NCBI GenBank assembly: GCA_017441005.1
Contig: JAFSAM010000077.1
Span: 6,443 to 70,442 of the forward strand
Source of the DNA: Clostridia bacterium
GTDB lineage: Bacteria; Bacillota; Clostridia; Oscillospirales; CAG-272
Length of the DNA stretch: 64,000 nucleotides
Reading direction: 5' to 3'
The notes beneath the pieces were generated by a model that saw only the letters and a list, made by a program, of their open reading frames with translations, was not told the origin of the DNA and made no database searches. Numbering within the stretch: the first letter of the stretch is position 1; every line of letters starts with the position of its first letter. Shown in pieces: positions 39,942-48,462 of this stretch. A program made the translations under genes and the position numbers.

Positions 39942-40615
39942 AAATGAAAAAGAAAAAGAAGAATAAAAGAGGATTAATTTTGATAATATCGGGGCTGTTG
40001 CTTATTGCAGCCGCCCTTTTTCTGACAGGATACAACATCTGGGATAACAATAGGGCTAAGAAGGAAGCCGACAATGCCGTAAAGGTGTTGATGGAGGAAT
40101 TGAATGTCGAGACGGAAAGTCCGAAAGAAGAGGAAAGCTCCCCCGTCTCGGTAGAGACAGAGGAGCCGATCGAGGAGACAGTACCCGAAATTCCGATATA
40201 TATTCGTAATCCGCTTATGGAAATGCCGATAAAAACAGTCGACGGAATTGATTATATCGGGATAATTGAGCTTCCGTCGCTTGATATTGTTCTTCCCGTC
40301 GCGTCAAAATGTAACGATCAGATACTGAAGAGTGCCCCCTGCAGATTTTACGGATCGGTATATACGGATGATATAGTAATTGCCGCCCATAATTATGATG
40401 CCCATTTTGGGAAAATAACCGGATTAAAAACGGGCGATGACGTAGTATTTACCGATATGGACGGAAATGTGTTTGTTTATTCCGTAGTGGGACACGAGAC
40501 GATCGACGGAAACGACGTTGAGGGGATGATATCCGAAGGCTGGGATATGACTCTGTTTGCCTGTAACTTCAGCGGAGACAAAAGAGTCGCCGTGAGATGT
40601 GAAAAAGCTGATTGA
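39938..40615 (+). CDS. second sortase-family transpeptidase (class uncertain)
   Basis: N-terminal TM segment, 'IAAHNY' (His) and 'MTLFACNFSGDKRVAVRC', where TLFAC replaces TLxTC and an Arg follows. An ATGA overlap joins it to the pilin stop. Confidence 0.7.
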   Translation: MKMKKKKKNKRGLILIISGLLLIAAALFLTGYNIWDNNRAKKEADNAVKVLMEELNVETESPKEEESSPVSVETEEPIEETVPEIPIYIRNPLMEMPIKTVDGIDYIGIIELPSLDIVLPVASKCNDQILKSAPCRFYGSVYTDDIVIAAHNYDAHFGKITGLKTGDDVVFTDMDGNVFVYSVVGHETIDGNDVEGMISEGWDMTLFACNFSGDKRVAVRCEKAD

Positions 40616-40643
40616 CGGCTTTTTGTTGAACACAAAACGGGGC

Positions 40644-40790
40644 ATCCCATCCCGTCTTTTGCTACGCAAAAATCAACCATTCTCGCTGTAGCGGAGGACT
40701 ATCTCGCGTTCTGACAGTCCACCGGACTGTCATTCATTTCGCGTAGTAACGCTTCGCTACCCACAGGAAAGGTGTAAATTGACATTGATT
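40644..40790 (+). repeat. R-family dispersed repeat, long form, copy b
   Basis: Direct copy of 27451-27599, differing at roughly half a dozen positions. It starts 29 nt after the sortase stop. Confidence 0.9.
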
Positions 40791-40967
40791 AAAGATAATA
40801 ATGCCCCGACCAAATGATCAAACATTCGGTCGGGGCATTGTTTTAATGATAACTCTCAAATGCTGTCTTTGTTGCTTATAGCGTGTATTTATGTTATAGC
40901 ATAATTGGAAAAGCTTTATTAAGTGTATCAAATAAATGCTTAAAAATCCAAAGGAAAAGTAATAAAA

Positions 40968-41012
40968 AGCCCTTTCCTGAGGGAAGGGTGTCACGCGAAT
41001 GCGTGACGGGAT
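40968..41012 (-). repeat. R-family repeat, short form with alternative internal hairpin, inverted orientation
   Basis: 'agccctttcctgagggaagggtg-tcacgcgaatgcgtga-cgggatgagagata'. The flanks equal the reverse complement of the 41202-41272 flanks, but the central hairpin differs. Confidence 0.8.
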
Positions 41013-41201
41013 GAGAGATATACATTAATTTTTTGAAAATAATATTTCGGCATGAGAACTAATGAAAGCGGTATGATAAATTAAAATATATGGCTGACAC
41101 ATATTTTCGTTGCAAGTGGTAAGGTTCTTTGCGGTTTTTCCCCAAAAAAACAGATGATATAGGTAATGTGAAATAATATAGCGAGCAAAGACTTAAAGCA
41201 T

Positions 41202-41272
41202 ATCTCTCATCCCGTCTTTTTGCTACGCAAAAATCCACCCTTCCCACAGGAAAGGGCTTGAAATTACATTGA
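41202..41272 (+). repeat. R-family repeat, short form (lacks the ~85-bp internal segment)
   Basis: 'atctctcatcccgtctttttgctacgcaaaaatccacccttcccacaggaaagggcttgaaattacattg'. Confidence 0.85.
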
Positions 41273-41344
41273 TTTAATATAAAAAGAGATAGAGAGTAAG
41301 GCTATATTTTATAAATTTGTATACTTGCTTGTAATTATCGAGCT

Positions 41345-42160
41345 TTAATATTCGTTTCTGAATTCGTTTGGGGACATTCCGCAGTGTTTTTTGAATATAC
41401 GGCTGAAATAGTTCTGATCATCGAAGCCGACGGCGGAGCCGATCTCGAGTATTGACATATCACTGTCAAGCAACAGCTCTTTCGCATTTTCCATACGAAC
41501 GTTCATAATGTATTGCTTGGGGCTTTTTCCAAACAGCTCGGTAAAGAGGTGAGAAAAACGGCTTTCGCTTAGGTTGCACTTTGTCGCAAGCTCTTCAAGG
41601 GTCAAGTTTTTCGAGAAATTATTGTGTATGTATTCGCAAACATTTTCAAAGCGTTTGTTCGTGTCACTACTCCCCGATAGCATATATGCATTTTTTCTGC
41701 CGATCACCGAGATGATCTCAAGAAGTATGCCGTTCATACGGTGGGTGCCAAACTTTAGCTTCTGCTTATATTCGCCGATGAGCGTATCAAAAAGGACCTC
41801 CAGGGTATGGCTTTTCCCGATATAATAAATGTTCCTTTCGTCAAGCGCCGTATCGCGCATCAGCTGTTCGCATTCACTGCCTGTGAAATGTATGTAATAT
41901 GATATAGGGCAGTCCTCGGGGAAAAAGCTGTATTCCTGTGGCTGACCGGGAAGATAAACGATTACAGAGCCTTTTGGTGCTTCGGTCGTTTCGCCGTTTA
42001 TTGTTACGAAGCATCTGCCCTCGGCTATATACAGTAAGTGATAGTCTTTTCTGCCATAGGGTCTGTAGCTTCCGCGCCTTTTAGCAAATAAATGCTGTCT
42101 ACCGCAGGCGTTTATTGAGATATATTCGTCTGATACCTTTTCCGACGTGTAATTTGTCAT
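41345..42160 (-). CDS. AraC family transcriptional regulator
   Basis: Cupin-like N-terminus and a C-terminal double HTH ('LSESRFSHLFTELFGKSP', 'GFDDQNYFSRIFKKHCGMSP'). A GGAGGGTGG RBS precedes the ATG at 42160. Confidence 0.85.
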   Translation of the reverse strand: MTNYTSEKVSDEYISINACGRQHLFAKRRGSYRPYGRKDYHLLYIAEGRCFVTINGETTEAPKGSVIVYLPGQPQEYSFFPEDCPISYYIHFTGSECEQLMRDTALDERNIYYIGKSHTLEVLFDTLIGEYKQKLKFGTHRMNGILLEIISVIGRKNAYMLSGSSDTNKRFENVCEYIHNNFSKNLTLEELATKCNLSESRFSHLFTELFGKSPKQYIMNVRMENAKELLLDSDMSILEIGSAVGFDDQNYFSRIFKKHCGMSPNEFRNEY

Positions 42161-42352
42161 AGATCCACCCTCCGTTTGCAAACAGTATAACATTTTTTGA
42201 TATATTTTGTCAATAGCAGAAAAGTCCAGATAGTCAGCAGAAAAAACTATATTATTTTTAGTGATTCGGTGGTATTATGTGGTTGTAACGGATAGATCGA
42301 TTATCTGTGATTTAGCAAAAAAGTGAAGTTTATTGAGAGTGAGGGAGTTTTT

Positions 42353-43489
42353 ATGTTAAAGCTTGGCGTAATAGGATGCGGCACCAGAATGACCGGAGTT
42401 GTGAAAAAAATATTGGCTGCCGGAGAGGTTACTCTTACCTGCGTTTGCGATACCGATATCGATAGGGTAAAGAAGGTTAATCTCTTTGAGGAAAAATTTT
42501 CGTCCGTCAGATACTATTCGGATGCCGAAGAAATGCTGAAAAACGAGGAGCTTGACGGCGTATGTATAGGAACAAGATGCTCCACCCATACAAAGTATGC
42601 ATTGTTGGTTGCAAAATACAATTTGCCCATGTTTCTTGAAAAGCCCGTATGTACGACCTATGAGGATCTTGAACTGTTGAAAACAATAGACTTCATGGAC
42701 AATAAGACGGTTGTTTCTTTTCCGCTTCGAAACACTACACTCGTTAATTTCGTAAAAGAGTTGGTCGACAGCGGAAAGATCGGAAATATCGAGCACATAC
42801 AGGCATATAACAACGTCACTTATGCAAGAGGCTATTATCATAAGTGGTATAGAGACGAGAATGAGACGGGCGGACTGTTCTTGCAAAAGGCGACACACGA
42901 TCTTGATTATATAAATCATATTTTGAACGGACTGAGGCCGGTAAGACTGTGTGCTATGAAATCTAAACAGATATTCAAGGGAGATAAGCCTGCAGGGTTA
43001 AAGTGCGCAGACTGTCCCGATGCCGAGACCTGCCCCGAAAGCCCTGCAAACGTATATAAGGCGGGCGACACGAGACCCAAGGGTGAATATTGCTGTTTCG
43101 CCGTAGACACGGGTAACGAGGACAGCGGAAGCGTCATAATTGAATACGAAAGCGGAATGCACGTTGTATATTCCCAGGATTTTATCGTGCGAAACGGCGC
43201 ATCCAAGAGAGGCGCAAGGCTTATCGGATATAAGGGAACATTGGAATTTGACTGGTATAAGGATACAGTCACGGTGTATCGCCACGATGCCGACGTTATC
43301 GAGACACACAAGCTTGGAAAGACAGAGGGCGCTCACTTCGGAGGTGATGACGCTCTGGCAAAAAATTTCGTAAAGGTTATGGAGGGAAAAGCAGATTCCA
43401 TAGCCCCACTTTCCGAGGGAATAAACAGTGCGGCTCTTTGTTTGGCTGCAAAAAGATCGGCTGAAGAGCATATTTTCATTGAGCTGTAA
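42353..43489 (+). CDS. Gfo/Idh/MocA family oxidoreductase
   Basis: 'LGVIGCGTRM' Rossmann motif, 'MFLEKPVC' motif and a Cys-containing insert 'KCADCPDAETCPESP'. It is divergent from the AraC gene. Confidence 0.85.
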   Translation: MLKLGVIGCGTRMTGVVKKILAAGEVTLTCVCDTDIDRVKKVNLFEEKFSSVRYYSDAEEMLKNEELDGVCIGTRCSTHTKYALLVAKYNLPMFLEKPVCTTYEDLELLKTIDFMDNKTVVSFPLRNTTLVNFVKELVDSGKIGNIEHIQAYNNVTYARGYYHKWYRDENETGGLFLQKATHDLDYINHILNGLRPVRLCAMKSKQIFKGDKPAGLKCADCPDAETCPESPANVYKAGDTRPKGEYCCFAVDTGNEDSGSVIIEYESGMHVVYSQDFIVRNGASKRGARLIGYKGTLEFDWYKDTVTVYRHDADVIETHKLGKTEGAHFGGDDALAKNFVKVMEGKADSIAPLSEGINSAALCLAAKRSAEEHIFIEL

Positions 43490-43522
43490 GATATAAAACA
43501 CCTTTCTCTTAACACAAAAAAC

Positions 43523-43568
43523 GGACACATCATAATGGAAAACAACCAAAATGACGTGTCCTTTTTTT
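43523..43568 (+). terminator. H-family conserved hairpin, copy H2
   Basis: GGACACATCAT (43523-33), loop, ATGACGTGTCC (43551-61), then T7. Confidence 0.85.
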
Positions 43569-43688
43569 GTTAATTAATTTATAGCCGGTTTTCTTCACTT
43601 ACTTTCTTTCGAAGAAAGGTTGGCAAAGAACTTGAATAAGAAGTTTTTGCTTTTTCACAATTACTTGATAATTATAATTTTGAAAGAT

Positions 43689-44477
43689 TTATATGTTTTT
43701 TAGCTTTTTTCTCATTTTTATCGGAGAAACACCAAAGCAGTTCTTAAATACTTTTGAAAAATATCCGTAATTATCATATCCCAGCCAATATGCTATTTCT
43801 TGTAAGGTCATTTCGTTATTGGTAAGCATATTTTGGGCAAGGAGCATCTTCTGTTCGTTAATGTATTCGGTAAGAGTCAATCCCATCTCTTTTTTGAAAA
43901 TGCGTGTAGTGTGTTCGCGTGAAAGATGTATTGCTTCACTGACTGTGTTCAAGGAGATGGGTTTTGTAATATTGTCATTTATGTATTTTATGGCGTTCAG
44001 TGCGTGGCGGTTTTTTGTCTTATATTTCAAGGTGTCAAAGAACTCTGTCAAAATACAGTTAAATAGATTTGGCAATATTTCAATTATTTTTAAGTTTTCG
44101 CCCTTGTCATCTATTGTGCTGTCATCAACGTTATAATAGGTGTAAGGGTAAGAAGCAAGCAGATTGCGGATGGTTGAGTTTACGGCATTCCTCATAAGAA
44201 GAACTGAAGATATCTCACTTCCCGTCCTGGGATGATAGTTAAATATAACGTAATGTGCGGGAGAGTCGCTTTTGTAACGCTCTCTTTTGGTTCCCGGAGG
44301 AAGAATGAGAGCATCGTTTTCACCCAAAACTATTTCTTTGCCGTTTACTTTGTAACGGACATTACCGCTGAAAACAAAGGTAAGATGGTAAAAATCTATA
44401 ACCGAAAACGGAATGCTTCCGTGACAGGGTCCGTTATAATTATAAAAGCAAATGAATCTATCGATTTTATATGTCAT
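43689..44477 (-). CDS. AraC family transcriptional regulator (divergent from P-family paralog 2)
   Basis: MTYKIDRFICFYNY..., with a C-terminal HTH 'LSREHTTRIFKKEMGLT' and 'GYDNYGYFSKVFKNCFGVSP'. A GGAGAA RBS lies 7 nt before the ATG at 44477. The track start 44852 would overlap the neighbouring gene. Confidence 0.8.
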   Translation of the reverse strand: MTYKIDRFICFYNYNGPCHGSIPFSVIDFYHLTFVFSGNVRYKVNGKEIVLGENDALILPPGTKRERYKSDSPAHYVIFNYHPRTGSEISSVLLMRNAVNSTIRNLLASYPYTYYNVDDSTIDDKGENLKIIEILPNLFNCILTEFFDTLKYKTKNRHALNAIKYINDNITKPISLNTVSEAIHLSREHTTRIFKKEMGLTLTEYINEQKMLLAQNMLTNNEMTLQEIAYWLGYDNYGYFSKVFKNCFGVSPIKMRKKLKNI

Positions 44478-44661
44478 ATTTTGGTTCTCCATATCAATAT
44501 AGTGTATAAAATAATGTTTATTAGAGCAATATTGTTTATTGAAAAATATCGCTTGATATCTTATTATATAGTAAAGACCAATTAAAGTCAATGGCAAAAT
44601 AGAGTATAAAAGTTTGTACCGCGGAAAACTGCTTTTTTGCTTTTGACGGGAAGGTGATAAA

Positions 44662-45936
44662 ATGAAAAAAATACTTGTTTTACTTTTGGTTGTATTGCTC
44701 TTTGTATGCGTGGGTTGCGCAAAGGAAGAGCCTGAGAACAACAATAAGGAGGAGACTGATATGTCAGAGACAAATAATGAAGTTATTGACACTGAAAATG
44801 AAACTGAAGCCGAAAACCAGCCTAAAAATGAAAACGGAATATTAACCATCAATCCCGATGATTATTATAAGTGCGTTGTGTTTGAGCTTCCGAAAGAGAA
44901 TTTCAGAGACGCAGCCGTAAATCACATGAGAGCGCAGTCATCTATCGAGTGGGTGTGCAGTAATGATTTTGCAGTATCGGAAAAGTTTAACAGCTGGGGG
45001 ATTAATCTCGAATGGAAGAAAGGCGAAAAATATATGGGAATTCCATATTCCGATACAAAAGTAAGCCTTGAAGAATTCAAGACTTATATGGTAGACGGAA
45101 CGTTTACTTGCAATTCGAGTAAGTGGAAAGAAGTTCCGGGAAATGCATGTATGTCTTCAATTTTTAATTCCATACAGCAGTTTGAACCTAATGTTGCGGG
45201 GGTATCTAATCAGCTTATGCCCAGTTATGATACTTTCCAAGCTAAAATACTGGGAGAATACAATGTTCCCAAAGGGGTTAAGACGACAAAAGAAATAATA
45301 AGTGCCAATAATTTAAATGATATTTACGAAGCGTTTGCAAGCGGAATAGAAGGCGACATTGTAATTTTCAAAGATGATATTAAAGATGCATCACATATTC
45401 GTATGCTTGTCGAACCTGCAACGGTTGTAAGAAATGCGGCAGGAAGGATCAACCCTTCAAGAAGCTATGTTAAGACTATCGAGCAAACCAATGCGTTTGA
45501 CACGCAGAGAAAAGACGGAGTAAAAACCACGTGGTTTGTAGATCACGTTTATACGTTTGATGCTCTTATTGAAAAGGAATATATTCCGATAACACTTGAG
45601 ATTTACAATAAAGATAAATCCGAGTGCGAGATTCCGTATTTGTATCTTGACGAGGAGATTACCCCTGCAATATTGGCAAAGGGAACAGCGATAAGTACAA
45701 TAAAATCCAATTTCCCCATTCGTTTTATGAAGGCTGAATTGCTTGATAAAACAGGAAATTGTGTGAACAGCGTTGTGGTACACGATCTCCACGATACCAG
45801 AAGCATAAATTTGAGAAATCAGATGACAAAGCTGTTTAACGGACTTGAAAACGGTGATTATACTTTTGTGCTTACCTCGGGTATTGCAATTGGAAATGCT
45901 GAACTTGCAAGGGTAGATTTTACCTACAATAAGTGA
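44662..45936 (+). CDS. P-family lipoprotein, paralog 2
   Basis: Lipobox 'LFVCVGCA' and an acidic linker. Blocks 'SIEWVCSNDF', 'KGEKYMGIPY', 'GNACMSSIFNSIQQ', 'ASHIRMLVE', 'SYVKTIEQTNAFD' and 'TTWFVDHVYTF'. Confidence 0.8.
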   Translation: MKKILVLLLVVLLFVCVGCAKEEPENNNKEETDMSETNNEVIDTENETEAENQPKNENGILTINPDDYYKCVVFELPKENFRDAAVNHMRAQSSIEWVCSNDFAVSEKFNSWGINLEWKKGEKYMGIPYSDTKVSLEEFKTYMVDGTFTCNSSKWKEVPGNACMSSIFNSIQQFEPNVAGVSNQLMPSYDTFQAKILGEYNVPKGVKTTKEIISANNLNDIYEAFASGIEGDIVIFKDDIKDASHIRMLVEPATVVRNAAGRINPSRSYVKTIEQTNAFDTQRKDGVKTTWFVDHVYTFDALIEKEYIPITLEIYNKDKSECEIPYLYLDEEITPAILAKGTAISTIKSNFPIRFMKAELLDKTGNCVNSVVVHDLHDTRSINLRNQMTKLFNGLENGDYTFVLTSGIAIGNAELARVDFTYNK

Positions 45937-46008
45937 TTGGTTTATAGATCAATAATCCCCCTCGGTGGTATGAAAAGCCGAGGGGGAAAGTTTTAAGGAG
46001 AAAACAAG

Positions 46009-46872
46009 ATGAAGATAAAAAAAGTATGCGTTATCGGCGGCGGACTTATGGGACGTCAGATTGCACTTAATACTGCGATTTATTCTTACGAGGTTACTTT
46101 AACCGATTCCAACCCGGACGTACATGATGCGGTTGCAAAATGGGAAGAAGAGTATTTGGCGGGCAGAATTGCAAAGGGAAGAATGACTGAGGAACAGGTT
46201 GCGGGAATCAAGAGTCGTTTTCATATAGTTTCGACGCTGGAGGAGGCTGCAAAAGACGCAGACCTTGTTATTGAAGCGATAGTTGAAGTCGAAGACATAA
46301 AAAGAGAGCTTTTCCGAAAGCTGTCGGCACTTACAAGAGAAGATACGATTATTGCAACAAATTCAAGCCGTATGTGCGCATCGTTGTTTAAGGATGAAGT
46401 AAAGAACCCCGCAAGATTTGCAAATCTTCACTATTTCAATCCTGCGCTTGTAATGAAGCTGACCGAGGTAGTTCAAGGTGAACATTGCAGCTCGGAAACG
46501 GCAGAAACACTTATGGAGTTTTCAAGGTCAACGGGAAAGACCCCCGTTTTGTTAAAGCGTGAGATTGAGGGCTTTATCGCAAACAGACTGCTAAACGCCT
46601 TAAAAAACGAAGCTCGTTATCTTGTCGAAAACGGTTATTGTACCATTGAGGACGTTGATACTGCCAGTGAAAACGGACTTGGACATCCTATGGGTCCATT
46701 TAGACTGGAGGACCTTACCGGTATCGACCTTACGTATAACATTATGATGAGGACATACGAAAAAACCGGTGAAAAGCCTATAGGATTCGAACTGGTGAAA
46801 AGCTATTATGATAAAGGTTTTTACGGTAAAAAGAATGGCAGAGGATATTACGATTACTCACAAAAAAAATAA
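46009..46872 (+). CDS. 3-hydroxyacyl-CoA (3-hydroxybutyryl-CoA) dehydrogenase family protein
   Basis: 'VCVIGGGLMGRQIA' NAD fold, 'TNSS' and 'HYFNPA' motifs. 287 aa. Confidence 0.85.
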   Translation: MKIKKVCVIGGGLMGRQIALNTAIYSYEVTLTDSNPDVHDAVAKWEEEYLAGRIAKGRMTEEQVAGIKSRFHIVSTLEEAAKDADLVIEAIVEVEDIKRELFRKLSALTREDTIIATNSSRMCASLFKDEVKNPARFANLHYFNPALVMKLTEVVQGEHCSSETAETLMEFSRSTGKTPVLLKREIEGFIANRLLNALKNEARYLVENGYCTIEDVDTASENGLGHPMGPFRLEDLTGIDLTYNIMMRTYEKTGEKPIGFELVKSYYDKGFYGKKNGRGYYDYSQKK

Positions 46873-46996
46873 AAATGAGATCAGCCGCTAATGCTACAGC
46901 TCTGTCGGCGCATATTTTATAACGATATGTACTAAAAATCGAGCAGAGATTTTATCTGACATTGTAGGGGGCGACGTCCTCGACGCCCCGATAAAA

Positions 46997-47362
46997 GTGA
47001 AGTTATTACCTTACGGAGAAATTGCGGAAAAGTATATAAAACAATTAAATAAATTTTACGAGAATATTTCTGTTGAAAAATACGTAATAATGCCGGATCA
47101 CATACATATATTAATCGTCGTAAAAAAAGAAAAAGATACAATACAAAAGGGTGGGGCGTCGAGGACGTCGCCCCCTACAAGACAACATTCGTCTGTGTCA
47201 AAAAATGTTTCTACATTTAAAAGGTTTTGTAACAAGGAATATGGAGAAAATATATGGCAAGAATCTTTTTTTGACCATATAATCAGAAGTAACGAAGACT
47301 ATGAAGAACACTTAAAATACATTCACGAAAACCCGATAAAATGGTATTATAAGAATAAATAA
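46997..47362 (+). CDS. RAYT/IS200-like Y1 (HUH) transposase, N-terminally disrupted
   Basis: 'VIMPDHIHILI' HUH motif and C-terminal 'YIHENPIKW' (candidate catalytic Tyr). The same frame reads '...GAYFITICTKNRAEILSDIVGGDVLDAP...' upstream back to an in-frame TAA at 46889. The only nearby ATG (46875) is in another frame. Confidence 0.7.
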   Translation: MKLLPYGEIAEKYIKQLNKFYENISVEKYVIMPDHIHILIVVKKEKDTIQKGGASRTSPPTRQHSSVSKNVSTFKRFCNKEYGENIWQESFFDHIIRSNEDYEEHLKYIHENPIKWYYKNK

Positions 47363-47367
47363 AAAAA

Positions 47368-47420
47368 GGACACATCATTTTCGGATAAACTCCGAAATGA
47401 TGTGTCCTTAGTTTTTATTG
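47368..47420 (+). terminator. H-family conserved hairpin, copy H3
   Basis: GGACACATCAT (47368-78), loop 'tttcggataaactccgaa', ATGATGTGTCC (47397-407). It lies 6 nt after the RAYT stop codon. Confidence 0.85.
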
Positions 47421-47501
47421 AAGTTTGTGCGATAAAACTATATAAAAGTTATAAAACTTTGAAAAAGCTTTTTACTCTTCTTGCTTTTATCGACTGCATT
47501 C

Positions 47502-48293
47502 TTATGCTTCAAGCTCTTTTAATGCGGCTTCAAGCGTTTGTTTGCTTTCAAGCACGATTCCGCCTACCTCAAGAACGACAAGCTTGTCGTATCCGTAATT
47601 TTCAAGCGAACGGCAGACCTCGACCAAATCAACCAAACCGTCCTCGCATACCAATGAATGATGCATTTTTCCTGCGGCTGAATTCTGGCTCAAATGAACG
47701 TTGTAGAGGGGCAATTTAAGCTCATCGAGGTTAGGTAAGCCAATGTTGTGAGATGAATAGTGCGCAAAATCTATAGTTGCGCCAAAATAGGGGTTGTTTT
47801 CGGTGAGGTGTGCAAAGCGATTGAGATCATCTACAGTAAAAACGAGCTCATAGGGGCGTTTCTCCATATTTTCAATACCGACACGAACCTTCTTTTCTTT
47901 TGCATATTGCGCAATATCGGTAACGATATCCATCAAGGTTTCCCAATGCTCGTTTGGGTCTTCTTCGTTTGTTGTAAGTCTTCCGGGATGGAAGGTAACG
48001 GTACCGAGACCGTGTCTTGCCGAAAGATCGATCGAGTGCTTCAGATTGGCAATCGAGGATGCACGGCGTTCAAGATCGGACGAGGATATGTTGTTGACTC
48101 CGTAGGGCGCGTGTAAAGAGAGTGTCAACCCCCGTGATACTGCATAGGCGAGGATTTCATCCTGCAGGCTTTCATCATCGGGGAGGTTGCTCACCGCAAT
48201 TTCCATATATGAAAAACCGAGTTCTAATGCCTCGTCTATCCAATTTTTGTCTCCGTTTTTAAATTTACCGCAATCGGTACATGCTATTTTCAT
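47502..48293 (-). CDS. sugar phosphate isomerase/epimerase (xylose isomerase-like TIM barrel)
   Basis: Motifs 'LSLHAPY', 'VTFHPG', 'VGIENMEKR' and 'TIDFAHY' are typical of this fold. Confidence 0.8.
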   Translation of the reverse strand: MKIACTDCGKFKNGDKNWIDEALELGFSYMEIAVSNLPDDESLQDEILAYAVSRGLTLSLHAPYGVNNISSSDLERRASSIANLKHSIDLSARHGLGTVTFHPGRLTTNEEDPNEHWETLMDIVTDIAQYAKEKKVRVGIENMEKRPYELVFTVDDLNRFAHLTENNPYFGATIDFAHYSSHNIGLPNLDELKLPLYNVHLSQNSAAGKMHHSLVCEDGLVDLVEVCRSLENYGYDKLVVLEVGGIVLESKQTLEAALKELEA

Positions 48294-48462
48294 TTATAAT
48301 CACCTTTCTGGAAAGATTATGTTTTTTAATATCCTTTTGTCATATTGAGGTACAAGAGGTCGAGCTTCCGCTTGTAACCGGGAAAGTTGCCGTCTGGTTT
48401 GGCCGATGGTGGCGCATTAATTTCTGCGGTGTGTCTAAGCTTTTGTATATGGCATTATCGGT

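Noticed and set aside
41059-41247. 62-aa ORF between the pilus island and the AraC gene
   Set aside because: It runs from R-family repeat sequence at its 5' end into unannotated intergenic DNA. It has no RBS or recognisable protein features.
44478-44852. 125-codon N-terminal extension of the AraC ORF 43689-44852
   Set aside because: The extension is low-complexity and hydrophobic and overlaps the start of the divergent lipoprotein gene. The paralogous regulator and a GGAGAA RBS support the start at 44477.
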